From NCBI RefSeq assembly GCF_001194135.2, contig NC_068984.1, forward strand, positions 15,266,662 to 15,330,661: DNA of 64,000 nt, given 5' to 3'. Made by a program: the position numbers and the translations under genes. This document shows, piece by piece, positions 1 through 11,080 of the stretch (position 1 is its first letter; every line of letters starts with the position of its first letter). This DNA is from Octopus bimaculoides. Lineage: Eukaryota. The notes under the pieces are model-generated. The model saw only the letters and a program-made list of their open reading frames with translations. It was not told where the DNA came from and did no database searches.

Positions 1-1194
1 AGTAGACCCTAGCACTACACCATCTCTTTCCCCTCGATCACTCATTTTTCCTGACTAGGTAACCAAATATCACCTTTACATCAGCACTTGTTTATGGCCT
101 CTCTCTCCCACTAGGTAACCATGTACCCCCTTTATAGCAAGGCACCTATCTCTGCCTCTCTATTTCTGTTACACTCTAACCTTTCGTCATTTGATACTGG
201 ATCACCTCCTCTAATAACTCTTGTTGTGGCATGACACCTGCTTGTCTCTTTGTCACTCTCTTTAATCCTGACACAAATGCCCCGCCCCTCTCATAACTCA
301 TTGATTTTGCGAGTTTTCACCCCTCCTCATGCCCAATGTTTCAAATGTTTTAAACTTGTCTGATAATTAGTATATGCTTAGATGAAGAACTAATATATAA
401 AAACCTGTATATTTTCTTCTTTAACCCTTTCACACCTGCTCCCCTGTGTCTAACTTTACTTTCTACCTGGGCTCCTGAGCAAAAACATAAACACTTGCAT
501 TTACAGTTCAAGAGTAACGGCTGCAGGCAAACTAATGGACAGAATCACAAAAAAAAGATTCAGAATAGGCCTTTCTCTCAACTACTCGATGTGTTCATTG
601 CAGGCAATCAAATGGACAGAATCACAAAACGAAAAATTCAGAGTAAGAGGCCCATCTCTCAACTCATTCACCCAAATTACCACTTTCCTCATCACTTACA
701 CCAGTTTGATTGTCCAAATCATTCTCATTGTCTGCACGAGTCTAGGACATTTACCCCCCATGGACAACTAATGATGATTTAATTGGAGGGGGTAATTGTC
801 CTGATATGGTCTGCATAAAAGTACACTCTTCACCCAAAGAATAATTACCATCAATAATTTCCTCAACTGCAAAGAGTCTAGGCCTTGCTCATTTACAAGA
901 TGAAATGCTGGGTTCATCACAAAATCGTTATATTTTTTAGATTAAAAGCAAAAGCAAACAACAGATATGGGAGACACCATTAACAATGAGTCATAAACAC
1001 AAAGCTGAAACATGATTAGTTATCTTATTTTATATGTATATATTTTTTCTGTTTAGCTCATTACCACCTTACCAGGAACACAGCACGAAAGGGATTTCAT
1101 TCTGAAATAAAATAGCAAGTTATGTCACATTCACTAGAAATCAGATCCAGTAATTTCATGATGATGAAACTAATTACTTTGTCAAAATGTAGAA

Positions 1195-1473
1195 CTTATT
1201 AAATTTACATTGTTTTGAATTAATCATGCATTATCTCATTAGCTTTGAGATTTTGGTGGTGTGATTATTTTTAGAATGACATTACAGGATAGGTGTGAGA
1301 GGTTGGATCTCGCCATCTCAAACAGAAAACAGACAATATTTTGGCTGAATATCATCATCGTTTAACGTCTGCTTTCCATGCTAGCATGGGTTGGACGATT
1401 TGCTACCATGGAAAGTGGACGTTAAACAATGATGATACTCAGCCAAAATATGGCTGGTTTAGATGCTAAAGAG
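1195..1473. mobile_element. piggyBac-like non-autonomous element fragment
   Basis: Ends in GCTAAAGAG|TTAA. Related sequence in opposite orientation at about 22628-22715 and 24080-24200. Confidence 0.35.
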
Positions 1474-1627
1474 TTAAATTAATCAGTTATTTTACAAAAT
1501 TTCCCGACAAAAAGAAAAACTTTAGGGAATGCTTTATTTCTGAAGTTACAAAATAATTCTGTAAAATATCAATCATACAAAAAAAAAAAAAAAACAGAGA
1601 AAGCAGTTATCTTTTTTACAATATATA

Positions 1628-2487
1628 CAAGAAGGTACCCAAAAGTAACTGGAAATGTTCTGTGGGACAAGACAACTGTAGTTCAGGCTTCTGCTGCTAG
1701 AAGCCATTTGATGTGATCCTCAAGCATCAGCCTGTTGACGAGCATTGTCCAGTGAGGTCATACTGCCATGTGGTACATCTTTGTTTTGCAGTGCTTCTCT
1801 TCTGTTCATTGATTTAAGTGACGGCTGGAATGAAGGAACAGCTTGCTTCCGAGGAATTCTGTTTTGTGCTGGAGAAAACAGCAGCCAAAATAACTGCCAT
1901 GCTTCAAACAACTTACAAGGACGCTGCCAGGAGCAAAACAAGTTTACAAGTGATTTCTACGTTTTAGGAATGGTCACTTGTTGCTTGAAGACCAACCTCA
2001 TTCAGGACGACTGCTGACCTCCCAAACGAATGAAAACATGGCAATTCATGAACTGGTCATTGGAAGACCATCACCAAACAATAGATAAACTTGTTGATAA
2101 TGACCGGTGTGTCTTGGAGCTCCTGCCAACAAATTTTTAGCGAGGAATTGCAACAAAATTTGTGCCTCACTTGCTCATGGCAGATCAAAAGCAGTCACAA
2201 CTGAATGTGTGTTGTGAACCTAAAGAACAGTTGGAAGTTGATCTGGACCTCTTTTGGAAGGTCATCACTGGTGACGAAAGCTGGCACTTCAGAATTTACA
2301 GATGTAGAAGAGGTGAAGAAAAAAAAACTGACAGAGGCATTAAAAGGCATCACTTTACAAGCGTTCCAGCACTGCTTCCGACAGTGGAAAATGGAGAATA
2401 CTTTGAAGGTGATGAAAGTGTAAACATGTAAAACTAAGTGAGTAAAATAATATTGCAAAATTCCGGTTTCTTTTGGGTACCTCCTTG
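1628..2487 (+). mobile_element. Internally deleted mariner (DD34D-type) transposon
   Basis: TA-flanked 27-bp TIRs (CAAGAAGGTACCCAAAAGTAACTGGAA / rc CAAGGAGGTACCCAAAAGAAACCGGAA). Broken transposase: KFVPHLL..DQKQ, KVITGDESW, GEYFEGD. Confidence 0.9.
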
Positions 2488-2879
2488 TATGAGTATTGAC
2501 AAACATTTTTTTTTTTAGATTTTTCCATTTATAATTGAATCATAAGAAATATTTAAAAATCTGATTGATCAATACAACAAATATTTTTTTCTTAACCCTC
2601 TTAAAAGAAAATAATAGAGAACTTCAATAATGGTAGGCATATATATATATATTTACATCACTGAGGGTAAAAACGATAACATGTAAAGAGATGAAAGAAT
2701 CATTATTTGTACAAGATATTACTTCTGATGTTTAAGTACAGTATCATATTGAATAATTCAAACATCACTAAAAACTGGTTCAAGTTGAAACCAACTCAAT
2801 CTGCTTTTATAAACAAACTATAAAGCAATGTTTGAACAACAAATACTGCATGAGTGTAAATTTTTCTCCAAAGAGTTTG

Positions 2880-2910
<31 letters not shown>

Positions 2911-2926
2911 ATTATCTCCAAATAGT

Positions 2927-3502
2927 TTAAGAATCAATGACATAATTGGGATGGACAACAAGGAAGGGGTCATCCTCTCTAACAAGGCTCTCATCTTCTT
3001 TATGCTTGGACATGGATTTCAGCCCAGTCTGTTTTAGCTCTATGAGGACATGGTCGTGATGAATCAAACGATCAATGACTTTCTCAACAATAGTTTTACG
3101 TTCAATGAGTTCTGCTTCACTATCAATTTCTCCTTCGATTTCATGTAGATACCAACCAATCAACTGACTACGTCGAGTACCGGAATCAGTAGTCTCTTCT
3201 TGCTCTTCCATACGTCTCATGTTCAACACCAACAAATTCGCCATATGTTTATATTCTTCATATGTTAATTTCAGGCTTTTCTTTGGTTTGTCTGATTTGG
3301 GAGATTTTTCTTGTTCAGGAGAGCCAGATGGCACTGCATCTTCAGATACACCATTTTGTTCACTGTGTGGCACCTCTGAGGCTGGTTCCTCATCTACCTC
3401 CATAGCTTCATCCCCTTCTTCCAAATGTATGTCTGGCTGATCAACACGGATAATTGACTTGTTAAGCAAACGGAATGCTTCTTTCACATGTTTCGGTTGA
3501 AC
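2927..3502 (-). CDS. MCM6: MCM6 last coding exon (191 aa + stop), C-terminal winged-helix region
   Basis: Acceptor TTTTGTAG at 3503. Reads VQPKHVKEAFRLLNKSIIRV..., the expected continuation of MCM6 after ...CQEM. TAA at 2929-2927. Spliced product is 825 aa. Confidence 0.96.
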   Translation of the reverse strand, partial: VQPKHVKEAFRLLNKSIIRVDQPDIHLEEGDEAMEVDEEPASEVPHSEQNGVSEDAVPSGSPEQEKSPKSDKPKKSLKLTYEEYKHMANLLVLNMRRMEEQEETTDSGTRRSQLIGWYLHEIEGEIDSEAELIERKTIVEKVIDRLIHHDHVLIELKQTGLKSMSKHKEDESLVREDDPFLVVHPNYVIDS

Positions 3503-3979
3503 CTACAAAAATTGGAAAATGGAAAAAATAATTTACTTCTTAAAACTTGCATTACCGAGTCCAGACTAACTACTAAAGTTTATAGTTATTAATTTAACAA
3601 GACATAGTATATTTAATTTTTTTAAAATTGTTTCAGAACTTCAGAAGCCTTCTAAAAAAGAAATGTGAGTTTTATTCCTTGAAATCTAAGAAGTCTACAA
3701 CTCTTGCTTCACATTCTTCTTTTGTTAAATATCTAGTCTCAACAAATAATGTGTATTTTGATACTTAACTCTTAATTACAGTTATTACAATAAAATACTA
3801 TCCTAAATTAGACTACAGCTAAAAGCAATTTTGTATTTATAAAATTAAGATGCCCAACTTCTCTCAGAAAAATCTTAAACCCAATTCCTAGATGCGATTT
3901 CTCCAAGAGCCAGGAGAGTTCTGCATAGTAGCTTGCTGTCAAATCTCCCTTAAAATTACATTTTACTGTCTTAAAAAAA

Positions 3980-4450
3980 TGACGGATATTTGTCCTCATC
4001 TTGTTTATTGTTAACACAACATTTTGGCTGATATACCCTCCAGCCTTCATCAGGTGTCTTGGGGAAATTTCGAACATGGGTTCTCATTCCCAAGGTATTT
4101 TTCGATGTTATTATTATTATCGTTACTCAGGTCACTCCTGGAATCGAACTCGGAATCTTGGGGTTAGTAGCCCGCACGCTTAACCACTACGCCATATGCC
4201 CACGGGCATATGGCGTAGTGGTTAAGAGTGCGGGCTACTAACCCGAAGATTCCGAGTTCCATTTCCAGGCAGTGACCTGAACAACAAAATCGACATACCT
4301 CAGGAATGAGAACCCAGGTTCAAAATCTCCCCAAGACACCTGATGAAAGTCGGAGGGTATATCAGCCGAAACGTTGAGTTAACAACAAACCAGATGAGGA
4401 CAAATATCCGTCAAATGTAAATGGTTCCTCATCTCTTGAATATAGAACTG
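3980..4450. mobile_element. Head-to-head palindromic dimer of the tRNA-head/hammerhead element (Penelope-associated) in the MCM6 intron
   Basis: Arms of about 210-220 bp centred on GCCATATGCCC-AC-GGGCATATGGC (4191-4213). Each arm has an A box (TGGCGTAGTGG), a B-box-like segment and a CTGATGA..(G/A)AAA core. Confidence 0.85.
4335..4380 (+). ncRNA. Minimal type I hammerhead-like ribozyme motif
   Basis: GACAC-CTGATGA-a-[stem II, partly mutated]-CAGCC-GAAAC-GTT-GAGTT. Consensus of the window copies: GACAC CTGATGA A GGCTG..CAGCC GAAAC GTT GTGTT. Confidence 0.6.
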
Positions 4451-4819
4451 TATAATATATTCTTAGGTATACAAAGGTCTGTGTTGATCTCAGAGTCAAC
4501 TTCAGAGCTAAATAATACTTTCTCCAATGAATCATACAAATAACTAAATTTTCAAAAGTATCTCAAAGCAAAAGAACTTGACAATAACATTGCTGGATCA
4601 TTATATCTGTGAGGACCAATACTCACTTCTGAGCTGGTCAACATATTCAGTCTTCTTTTATCTGTCTATATCATTCATACCAACTCAGCAGTTTTTTTTT
4701 CCTCCATTCATCAGTTATCAAGTTTTAGATCATGGATTTAACCTTTACAGAAATTACTTTCTCAAGATGCATTAAATATGTTAAATAGAAAAGCAAAAAA
4801 AAAAAAAAAGTTTTCCTAC

Positions 4820-6721
4820 CATTTCTTGGCAATAAAGCCGAGCCATAGCCTCTGAGAGTCGAATCAAACTTTCAAGTTGACGAACAGTTATTCTCCAAGA
4901 GGAGCGAGTTGCACCAGTGCCATCTCGTTGTCTAAGATGTTTGTATTCTTCAACCATGTATTCCATAGATTCTTTGCTGATCTTTGGTTTAAACTGTCGA
5001 GCAAACATAAGGTAGCGCCGGATTTCTTCTACGGTGTAGGTACGAACCACAGATTGTTCACCACGGCAATGCAAATCAACAATGCGAGTGGCAATTGCAT
5101 AATCTATTGCTTCGTTGCATTCATCAACAAGAATGAAGAAGAGATCAAATCTTGACATTATCGGTGCTGTCAGAGTTATATTCTGTTTCAAAGGTTTTGT
5201 CCTATCATAGCGTCCCCCGATTGGGTTTGCAGCTGCCAAAATTGAAGTGCGAGCATTCAAAGTGGCCTTCACACCAGCTTTTGTGATTGAAATTGTTTGT
5301 TGTTCCATCGCTTCATGAATGGCAACCTGATCTCTTGGATCCATTTTATCAAATTCATCGATGCAGCAAACACCATTATCAGCTAACATAAGAGCACCAG
5401 CTTCGATCACAAACTCGTGAGATTCTTCGTCACGAACAACAGCAGCCGTTAGACCAGCAGCACTACTAGCTTTTCCACTTGTGTAAACAGCTCGAGAACT
5501 GAACTCTTCCACTTGCTTTAACAGCTGGCTTTTGGCAGTACTAGGGTCACCAACAATACATACATTGATGTCTCCTCTCAAGTTCGTTTGTTCAGTTGTC
5601 ACTTTTGGCACTCCACCAAACAACATCAACAAAATCCCACGTTTAATTTCTTCACAACCATGAATTGTAGGAAAAAGACTTGAGCAGAGGTTTTGGTACA
5701 GGTTTTTATCAAGACTCATCTCATATATTTTATGCCATTCTTCATCGGTCATCTGTTTCTTAAGAGCCTGAGCAGTAATCTCCTCGTCTTTATTTTCTCG
5801 GTTACCGCCAAGTCTAGGGTTACTTGGAGTCACTGTGCAAGCAAGGAAGGCTAATTTATATGTTAGATCTCGCACACCAAGGGCTTTAAGGCCCCTGACC
5901 CCTTCAGTCTCATAGCCTTCATTTCCTTTCATTCTTGTGGATGTTTCGGCACGTGCTCCAGGTACAGTGATCTGGGATACATCAGGGACCACAATCAGAG
6001 TACCTGTGAAATCACACTTGTCTCCAGCCTGGGCCATTTCAACAGCTTCAGCGCGCATGATGACTTCCAGACTTCTGGGAATACCACCTCTTGGCAATTC
6101 GGACTGGGTTTCCTGGACCCTAGCCTTTTGAAAATCTACAAATCTGGATTTATTAACATCCAAAAGAAATTTAGTTCTATTATTACAGACAGGGTTCCGG
6201 CATATGCTGGGTTGTGTATACTTAAATTGCTGTTCAACATCTTTGATGACTGTGCGACACTCTAAACACATGAAAGTTCCAGAAACCAGTTCTGGATGGA
6301 CTGGATGAGTACGAACAACTTGACAGGATATACGAAGCAACGTACCAATTTTAGCAGCTGTGAGATCTCGAACCTTTAAAGTCGTCGGCACATCCATAAA
6401 ACTCACATAGAACTCTTTAGAAGGAGGAACATGACCATGATCCTGGGCAAAATTACGCAGAGCAAAACACAAGTATGGATAAACACGATAATATTCTTCT
6501 AATATGGTTGTTGCCAACTGTTGATTGTAATTTTCAATGTCCTCAAAGCTCACTGACAATGTGTTTCGCTCCGGACGAATCAATTCTTGAACCTCAGGCA
6601 AGTATTTCAACTCTCCATCAACTGTAAATTCTTCCAGGAAATCCTGAAACAATTTCTGGCACCGTTCTCCAATTTGATCTTTAACCTGGTTAGTAGACTG
6701 TGTCAGTTCAGCAGCATCCAT
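4820..6721 (-). CDS. MCM6: DNA replication licensing factor MCM6, first coding exon (634 codons)
   Basis: ATG at 6721 (MDAAELTQ). Zn finger CLEC...CRNPVC, Walker A GDPSTAKS, Walker [10 protein letters not shown], Arg finger SRFD. Acceptor (T)n-CCAG lies upstream (exon starts 6764). Phase-0 donor ATG|GTAGGA after 4820. Confidence 0.97.
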
Positions 6722-7241
6722 TTTCAAACTGCAAATCTATGACAGAAGCTGAACAACACTTGATCTGGAAAAAAAAAAGCATAAAATTCAATGGTTTTTA
6801 TTACTATTACATTTTTTATGCTTTATTGGAATACAATACATTTAAATGTACAGCACCTTAACATTACCATTTCAACTCAATCCTTGGTTACCAGGTGTTG
6901 GGCGGGGGGGGCATAATTCTAAGCCAAGAGCTCAATCTCATATTCATTGTTTNNNNNNNNNNNNNNNNNNNNNNNNNNNNNNNNNNNNNNNNNNNNNNNN
7001 NNNNNNNNNNNNNNNNNNNNNNNNNNNNNNNNNNNNNNNNNNNNNNNNNNNNNNNNNNNNNNNNNNNNNNNNNNNNNNNNNNNNNNNNNNNNNNNNNNNN
7101 NNNNNNNNNNNNNNNNNNNNNNNNNNNNNNNNNNNNNNNNNNNNNNNNNNNNNNNNNNNNNNNNNNNNNNNNNNNNNNNNNNNNNNNNNNNNNNNNNNNN
7201 NNNNNNNNNNNNNNNNNNNNNNNNNNNNNNNNNNNNNNNNN

Positions 7242-7267
<26 letters not shown>

Positions 7268-7276
<9 letters not shown>

Positions 7277-7472
7277 TTCAAATTACGACAAACGTAAATA
7301 AACAAACGAAGTTTGCTTTTAGAAGCGTTGAGATGTCTTTTAGAAAGTTAAAGAAGTGATTTTAAATTCTCAATCGCAAAATAAGCTAATAATATAGCCT
7401 GAACAGGATAAACTATCCCTATTTTGCAGAGAAAAGTGTAGGTGGCTAGCTGTGGACTCGAACTCACATCCC
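7268..7472 (-). mobile_element. Repeat beginning with a tRNA-like 3' half (same family as 30449-30650)
   Basis: rc reads GGGATGTGAGTTCGAGTCCACAGCTAGCCACC then about 170 bp matching 30480-30650. Confidence 0.65.
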
Positions 7473-8034
7473 GTGATTAAAATATATATATAAAATTGTA
7501 TAAACATATACTGAATGTAAAGACAAACAGAAGGTCTTCAAATTCTTTATCAGTTATCAACCAATCGGTACTGTTCAGTTTCGCACCTTTAACAATAAGA
7601 CTGAGTGATTCCCAATTGGTAGTATCCGCAAATTTTTTCTTTTTTTTTTTGTAGAGAATTAGGGACCAGAATGAACAAAGCAAGTAAAACAACACAGGGT
7701 TTGATTTAAGACAGTGGAAAAGGACAAACAGTCAAACAAAATATGACCTTGGAGCCAAGGAGAGAAGAATAGTGGATAATGCTTAGAAAATGACTTGAAG
7801 GATGGAGAACAGAGAGAGAATTTGCGACTGATTGGCTAAGAGACCAGTCTAAGAAAGGAAGAAAAGCAGGAACTGGCCGAAGAACAAAGAAACACAAGAA
7901 AAGAACATTTCACTCTTTCAGTTTGAATCAGTTTCACAAATTTCGTAGGTGCATAGGAAACGTTCCTCCCATCAGATGCCCCCCAAACATCTAATGAAAC
8001 ACGTTCTATGTACCCACCAAACAAAGTCATGTGG

Positions 8035-10670
8035 AGTTCCGTCGTTTAACGTCCGCTTTCCATGCTGGCATGGGTTGGACGGTTTGACTGAGGACTGGCG
8101 AACCAGATGGCTGCACCAGGTTCCAATCTGATCTGGCAGAGTTTCTACAGCTGGATGCCCTTCCTAACGCCAACCACTCCAAGAGTGTAGTGGGTGCTTC
8201 TTACGTGTCACTGGTATGAGGGCCACTCAGGTAGTACTGGCATTGGCCACGCTTGGATGGTGCATTTTACATGCCACTGGCACGGGAGCCAGTCAGGTGG
8301 CACAGGCAATGACCATGCTTGAATGGTGCTTTTTACATGCCACCAGCATGGAAGCCAGTCAGGCGGCACTGGCATCGACCATGCTCAAATGGTGCTTCTT
8401 ACGTGCCAATCANNNNNNNNNNNNNNNNNNNNNNNNNNNNNNNNNNNNNNNNNNNNNNNNNNNNNNNNNNNNNNNNNNNNNNNNNNNNNNNNNNNCGCAG
8501 TTTATTGCCCAATGGTTGAAGGGTACTCTTAAATGGGCTGGTTATGATGCACTGGCATAGGCCACGGTTACAGTCTCACTTGGCTTGCCGGGTCTTCTCA
8601 AGCACAGCATATCTCCAAAGGTTTCAGTGACTTGCCACCGCCTCCGTGAGGCCCAAAGTTCAAAGGTTGTTCTTCAACACCTCATCCCAGGTCTTCCTCT
8701 TCCACAGGTTCCCTCTACTGCTAGAGTGTGACACCTTTTCACACAACTGTCCTCATCCATATGTAACACATGACCATACCAGCACAGTCATCTCTCTTGC
8801 ACACCACATCTGATGCTTCTTATGTCTGACTTTTCTCTCAGGGTGCTTACACTCTGTCATGTATGCACACTGACATTACACATCCAGCAGAGCATACTAG
8901 CTTCATTCCTTGCATGCTTACACATGTCCTCAACAGTCACAGCCCATGTTTCACTGCCATGTAGCATGGCTATTTGCACACATGCGTCATATAGTCTAAC
9001 TTTTACTCTGAGCGAGAGGCACTTTGTCACCAGCAGAGGTAGGAACTCTCTGAACTTTGCCCAGGCTAGCTTTATTCTAGCAGCTACACTTTCAGAGCAT
9101 CCACCCCTGCTACTGACTTGGTCACCTAGGTAACGGAAGCTATCAACTACTTGTAGCTTTTCCCCCTGGAATGTGACAGAAGCTGTTTGCTGCACATTTT
9201 CAGTGTTTATTGTCCCTGAGCAATTGCCACACACAAAATCTATCTTCTCAGTTAGTCTTCCTTTGATATTGCTGCACCTCTTATGTGTCCATAGCTTACG
9301 CCAGGTACATCTTATGGAGTTTCTACATACGCCTTTTCTGCAGATCTAGCAGGGCCATCTACCTGAAGTGATTTGTGGTTTGTCTGACTTCCTACTTATT
9401 AAGACTTTGATTTTTGCTAGATTGACTCTAAGGCTTTCTCCATGTCAATGAAAGCCACTTACAGAGGTTTATGTTTGGCAAGGTATTTCTCCTGCATCTG
9501 TCTTATCAGAAATATAGCATCAGTGGTGCTCTTCTCTGGCACAAACCCAAACTGCATCTCGTCTAGACTGACTCTCTCCCTAATTAGTTGGGCTATGACC
9601 CTCTCCGTGACTTTCATTACCTGATCCAACAACTTGATACTTCTGTAATTATTCGTATCAAAAGCGTCACCCTTACCTTTCTAGCAGTTGACTATGGTGC
9701 TGCTACACCAGTCATTGTGTATGACTCCTTCGTGTATCACCTGGTTAACTATACGGGTGATTAGGCTATAGCCAATACCGCTGGATATTTTAAGCATCTC
9801 TGCGGTGATTCCTGATGGGCCAGGGGCTTTCCCTGTCTTCATACCCTTAATTGCTTTATCTACCAAGATACTGTCAATTAGGATAGCTAGTCCCTCTGTT
9901 GGGTTGACATTTGGCAGACTCTCTTTCTCCCATTCGTTCTCTTCATTTAGCAACCTTTCATAGTGGCGTCTCCAAGTCTCTCACTTTGCAGCCTCAACGA
10001 ACACAAGTGAGCCATCATCCATGCGGACACATTTCTCTCCTATGACATCATGATTCTCTCTCACACACTGTCTTGCAACATGAAACACTTCAAGTCTTTG
10101 GTTCTCACGATGCAGAACATTGGCAATTTTTTTCTTATCTGCTTCCCTTCTGGCTAAATAAAACTGTCTCCTAGCTTCCTTCTGGCAATCGGATACAGTT
10201 TCCTGCTACCACCAATCTTCCAGTCTTTCCATGCCTGTTTCTTTACCTTAATGGCCCTGTCAACTACATTGTTCCACCACCACATTACCTTGGGTTGAGA
10301 GAGGACTTTGCACCATCCACAGATCTGGTCAGTAGCACTCAACAAGTTGTCCCATAGAAACCTCCACATTACGTGAAGCTATATCCCCCTCTATTTTGTC
10401 AAAAGCTTCGAGTAATACATCTCTAAATTTCTGTCCATTTGTAAGATCTTTAAGCTTCCAGGCTCTTCTTCGCCATGCTGGCCATCTTCTGGGCATCCAT
10501 TTAGCCCTGATCCTGAAGTCGCTAACTACTAATCAATGTTGTGGGGTGCATTCTTAACCTGGGAAGGTTTTGGCATTTATAAGTAGCCATCTCTCCCGTC
10601 TCCTGGTGTGGATGTAATCAATTTGACCAGAGCAGTAGGTGACTGGCAGGTTTCCTGAAGTTTGTATTAC
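8035..10670 (-). mobile_element. 5'-truncated, decayed RTE-clade LINE
   Basis: Fragments: EN C-terminus, WWWNNVVDRAIK, KTGKAPGPSGITAEMLK, QFGFVP..STTDAIF, Cys/His cluster, VDSFRYLGD, HGSETW. 3' UTR with 66-nt repeats and tail GGAAAGCGGACGTTAAACGA. RT core deleted near 9430. Confidence 0.92.
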
Positions 10671-10699
10671 AATATATACATGCATATATATATTTCCCT

Positions 10700-11080
10700 G
10701 TGCTGGCAGCATGTAAAAAGCACCATTCAAGTGTGGTCATTGCCAGTGCCACCTGACTGGCTCTCGTGCCAGTGGCACATAATAAGCACCATTCAAGCGT
10801 GGTCAATGCCAGTGCCGCCTGATATGCTGGTGAAATGTAAAAAGCACCATTCAAGTGTGGTTGATGCCAGTACCGCCTGACTGGTCTTCATGCCGATGGC
10901 ATGTAAAAAGCACCCACTATACTGGGAGTGGTTGGCATTATGAAGGGCATCCAGCTGTAGAAACCTTGCCAGATCAGATTGGAACCTGGCAGACAACAGA
11001 CTTGGCAGTCATCATTCAAACCGTCCAACCCATGCCAGCATGGAAAGCGGACGTTAAATGATGATAATGATGATGATATA
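10700..11080 (+). mobile_element. RTE 3'-end fragment or RTE-tail SINE
   Basis: 66-nt repeat units then CCAACCCATGCCAGCATGGAAAGCGGACGTTAAA(TGA)n. Many more copies, e.g. 18040-18375, 19325-19900, 22725-23030, 29665-29960, 40420-40720, 41835-42025, 43690-43960, 44365-44790, 55535-55640. Confidence 0.85.

Noticed and set aside
495-805. Short ORFs, a duplication of about 75 bp and a small GGACA.TTACCCCC inverted repeat
   Set aside because: No protein motifs; looks like a decayed non-autonomous repeat that cannot be classified.
1628-2487. Both deleted Tc1/mariner elements are exactly 860 bp
   Set aside because: Different TIRs, families and deletions, so treated as coincidence.
4203-4280. Apparent tRNA gene
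   Set aside because: No closed acceptor stem, non-standard ACT anticodon and no terminator. It is the head of the repeat element.
4781-4819. ORF-track C-terminus [12 protein letters not shown] and the MK start at 6727
   Set aside because: Read-through into the intron past the GT donor. The upstream start is TTG, and the first ATG is at 6721.
6846-7305. Long ORFs spanning N runs (also 15152-16193, 26164-26946, 54746-55540, 59311-59886, 62516-63173)
   Set aside because: Artefacts of assembly gaps and (TA)n/(CA)n repeats.
8185-8410. CRISPR-like look of the 66-nt and 33-bp repeats
   Set aside because: Tandem units without unique spacers, embedded in LINE sequence, in a eukaryote with no cas genes.
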